The notes under the pieces are model-generated. The model was not told where the DNA came from. It did no database searches and saw only the letters and a program-made list of their open reading frames with translations. Source: Escherichia phage EK010. From it: DNA of 64,000 bases. The translations under genes and the position numbers were made by a program. The first letter of the stretch is position 1. Every line of letters starts with the position of its first letter. Shown here in pieces: positions 62,261-64,000 of the stretch. The stretch is taken from sequence record NC_070981.1. The stretch is one strand, 5' to 3'.

Positions 62261-64000
62261 TCACTTCTCTGCTAACTTCGCTTCTAGAACTTCAATACGC
62301 TTCAGCAGATCTTGAACAACCTGCATGGTATCTAAAAGCATTGGAGTTGCATCCAACTCTTTCTGTTCCTGCTCTACCCCATCGTTGTCATGGAATTTAC
62401 GAGTTTTAACATAAAGAGGTTCAACTTTCTCTGCCTGCTGTGCAATGATACCACGACGAGTTCTTCCTTGATTATCATTGTTGTACACAAACGATTTGAA
62501 ATCCAAACCTTTTATCGCACGAATTGCTTCATCAGGAGAGATATCTTGGATGTTATGTTTCAACCTTTCATCAGATACAGGATTCATAGCAAGAGTATAA
62601 GTTCCAGCGGAGCCGGGCTGCCATGTGTAATAGAAAATCTCATTTCTGTTTGGTCGAAGGGTTAAACGACACCCGAATTGGTTATTTTCATCACCAGAGA
62701 CATGCCAACAGGAATCAGCAAAAGATCCAGCATCATTGTGAATCATCCCTACATGGGTAGTAGTTTTGTATCCACCTTGAGATGCTTGGGAAGCACTCAG
62801 TATAGAGTTAAAAGAGTAGTTAGCACCAATCCCTTGGTTATCTATAGAAAACGTCCCTCTGCGAATTCCTGTTTCGTTCCAAGACATCAATGTTCTAGAC
62901 CGAGCAGCATACCTATCAGAGTTCAGGGTTCCAGAATCGTCAAAAGCTAATTGCTTGGTAACACCTTTGGTTTTATTATAAACACCAATAATCCCATAAT
63001 AAACTCCGTCGATATAAGCATCAGTTTGGAGCGTAGTAGAAGCCTCTACTTCTGAACCAATTTTATATTCAGCAACAACAGAACCACTAGTTACTCGAGT
63101 TCCACCAGCAGGACGGTTTGCATCACTATTAATAACTGACCAAGAAGTGTTAGCTGCTACAAAAGCACCTTTAGCTCTGATAACCCAAACGCCGATGAAT
63201 GAATTTGTTCTAACCTCAGAAACGTCGTCCTTACCGTAGACCGGACTTGAGCGCGATGCGTCGAGCCTGAATGAGATATACCTAGTCCCAGCTTCGGGGG
63301 TTGTTAGATTTAGCACCCCTTGAGCAACTGGTGTAGGGAAGTAAACGGCCCCTCCTTGTTGCGCATTGTTGTAGGCATAAGATTGCCACTGACCAGTTAT
63401 ATTTGGCGCGGCGGCCTCGTGGATCTTTCTGGTGAAATCTCCTGACCCACGACCATATAGACCCTTTATACTTCCCGGTTGAACACCATTCTTATCAGGA
63501 ACTCGGAATGTGGTAGAGCCATCGCCTAGTGAATATTGAGACCTTTTCAGAGGATCTGCCAGCCAATCAGCATCAGAGATAGGTGTTATCATTTGCGCGT
63601 ATGCCCAAAGCTCTGGATAATCTGTACGAGAAAGAAGTTGACCATCTGACGGGATATCATTAGATGGGATATAAGCTCTACTGTCAATTAAACGGAAATC
63701 ACCAATGTTGAAATTGGAGATACCATTCATTGTAGGGCCACCAGAACCTCCACCACTGTTACGAAGCTGCCTTAGTGTAACTGCATCATAGTCACCTACA
63801 GCATCTGCTACAGTAACCGGTTGCTGAAAGGTAACTTTCTCGGTAAATTGTTTGATATCAGAGTTGATACCAGTTCGAGTTACACCAATGGTGCGTCCTT
63901 TGGAATCTTTTACATAGGAACCGATTGAAGCGAAAGGTAAATCCTCGATCTCAGGACGATAACGTTTAGAGTAAATAGGATACTTGGTTTCTATACCACC
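62261..64000 (-). CDS. tail fibre with collar domain and C-terminal S74 intramolecular chaperone; 5' end beyond window
   Basis: SDERLKHNIQDI chaperone motif, DGQLLSRTDYPELWAYA collar motif; hand translation upstream of the track Met (63730) stays open to 64000 and contains VTVADAVGDYDAVTLRQL. Confidence 0.7.
   Translation of the reverse strand, partial: GGIETKYPIYSKRYRPEIEDLPFASIGSYVKDSKGRTIGVTRTGINSDIKQFTEKVTFQQPVTVADAVGDYDAVTLRQLRNSGGGSGGPTMNGISNFNIGDFRLIDSRAYIPSNDIPSDGQLLSRTDYPELWAYAQMITPISDADWLADPLKRSQYSLGDGSTTFRVPDKNGVQPGSIKGLYGRGSGDFTRKIHEAAAPNITGQWQSYAYNNAQQGGAVYFPTPVAQGVLNLTTPEAGTRYISFRLDASRSSPVYGKDDVSEVRTNSFIGVWVIRAKGAFVAANTSWSVINSDANRPAGGTRVTSGSVVAEYKIGSEVEASTTLQTDAYIDGVYYGIIGVYNKTKGVTKQLAFDDSGTLNSDRYAARSRTLMSWNETGIRRGTFSIDNQGIGANYSFNSILSASQASQGGYKTTTHVGMIHNDAGSFADSCWHVSGDENNQFGCRLTLRPNRNEIFYYTWQPGSAGTYTLAMNPVSDERLKHNIQDISPDEAIRAIKGLDFKSFVYNNDNQGRTRRGIIAQQAEKVEPLYVKTRKFHDNDGVEQEQKELDATPMLLDTMQVVQDLLKRIEVLEAKLAEK

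Noticed and set aside
47616-62950. Plus-strand ORFs inside the minus-strand structural genes (e.g. 47616-48023, 51475-51855, 54525-54932, 62390-62950)
   Set aside because: They are antisense to long, domain-bearing minus-strand genes and have no signals of their own.
1-64000. Lysogeny module (integrase, repressor, attP)
   Set aside because: No tyrosine or serine recombinase motifs or repressor-like HTH pair were recognised; the content is consistent with a strictly lytic phage segment.

Overview
This 64 kb window reads as a densely coded stretch of a lytic tailed-phage genome. From memory, not from a search, its gene content and layout resemble phiEco32-like (Kuravirus) coliphages. Coordinates I derived by hand (promoters, terminators, motifs, sub-60-aa ORFs, revised starts) may be off by 1-2 nt; track ORF coordinates are used wherever possible.

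Layout, left to right:
- 1-700: ORF-free left end with direct-repeat motifs and one sigma70-type promoter.
- 702-2517: a first small operon ending in an intrinsic terminator.
- 2560-4414: an ORF-poor leader (~1.9 kb) carrying four strong sigma70-type promoters, each followed by a boxA-like motif (CGCTCTTTAAAAAT or CGCTCTTTAACAA) that closely matches E. coli rrn and lambda nut boxA.
- 4415-6592: early genes, closed off by four tandem intrinsic terminators (6623-6857).
- 6900-14160: many small genes, including several paralog families, a lipoprotein, a SleB-like cell-wall hydrolase and a tRNA-Arg(UCU).
- 14170-24350: a predicted peptide/metabolite-ligase cluster (two amidoligase-like proteins, a class-II glutamine amidotransferase whose catalytic Cys lies upstream of the first ATG, an ATP-grasp enzyme, a gamma-glutamyl-cyclotransferase-like protein).
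- 24382-46235: replication and nucleotide metabolism (T7 gp4-like primase-helicase, separately encoded 3'-5' exonuclease and family-A polymerase, Pol-beta-type nucleotidyltransferase, dCTP deaminase, divergent ThyX, Dps-like ferritin, thioredoxin, PhoH, 5'-3' exonuclease, P-loop kinase, SSB-like protein), five HNH endonucleases, a phage sigma factor, a DUF4326-like protein and a DUF2829 (Tad2-like) protein.
- 46455-64000, minus strand: virion and lysis genes (1481-aa internal protein, Q/N-rich proteins, lytic transglycosylase, Big_2 tail protein, tail fibres including one with a C-terminal S74 chaperone domain that runs off the window edge, GH24 lysozyme).

The three observations I would look at first are the promoter-boxA antitermination array, the ligase cluster with its non-AUG-initiated amidotransferase, and the Tad2-like candidate anti-defence gene. 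A recurring TAATGTATA motif upstream of several genes may be the cognate promoter element of the phage sigma factor. No tool was run; all family assignments rest on motifs read in the translations.
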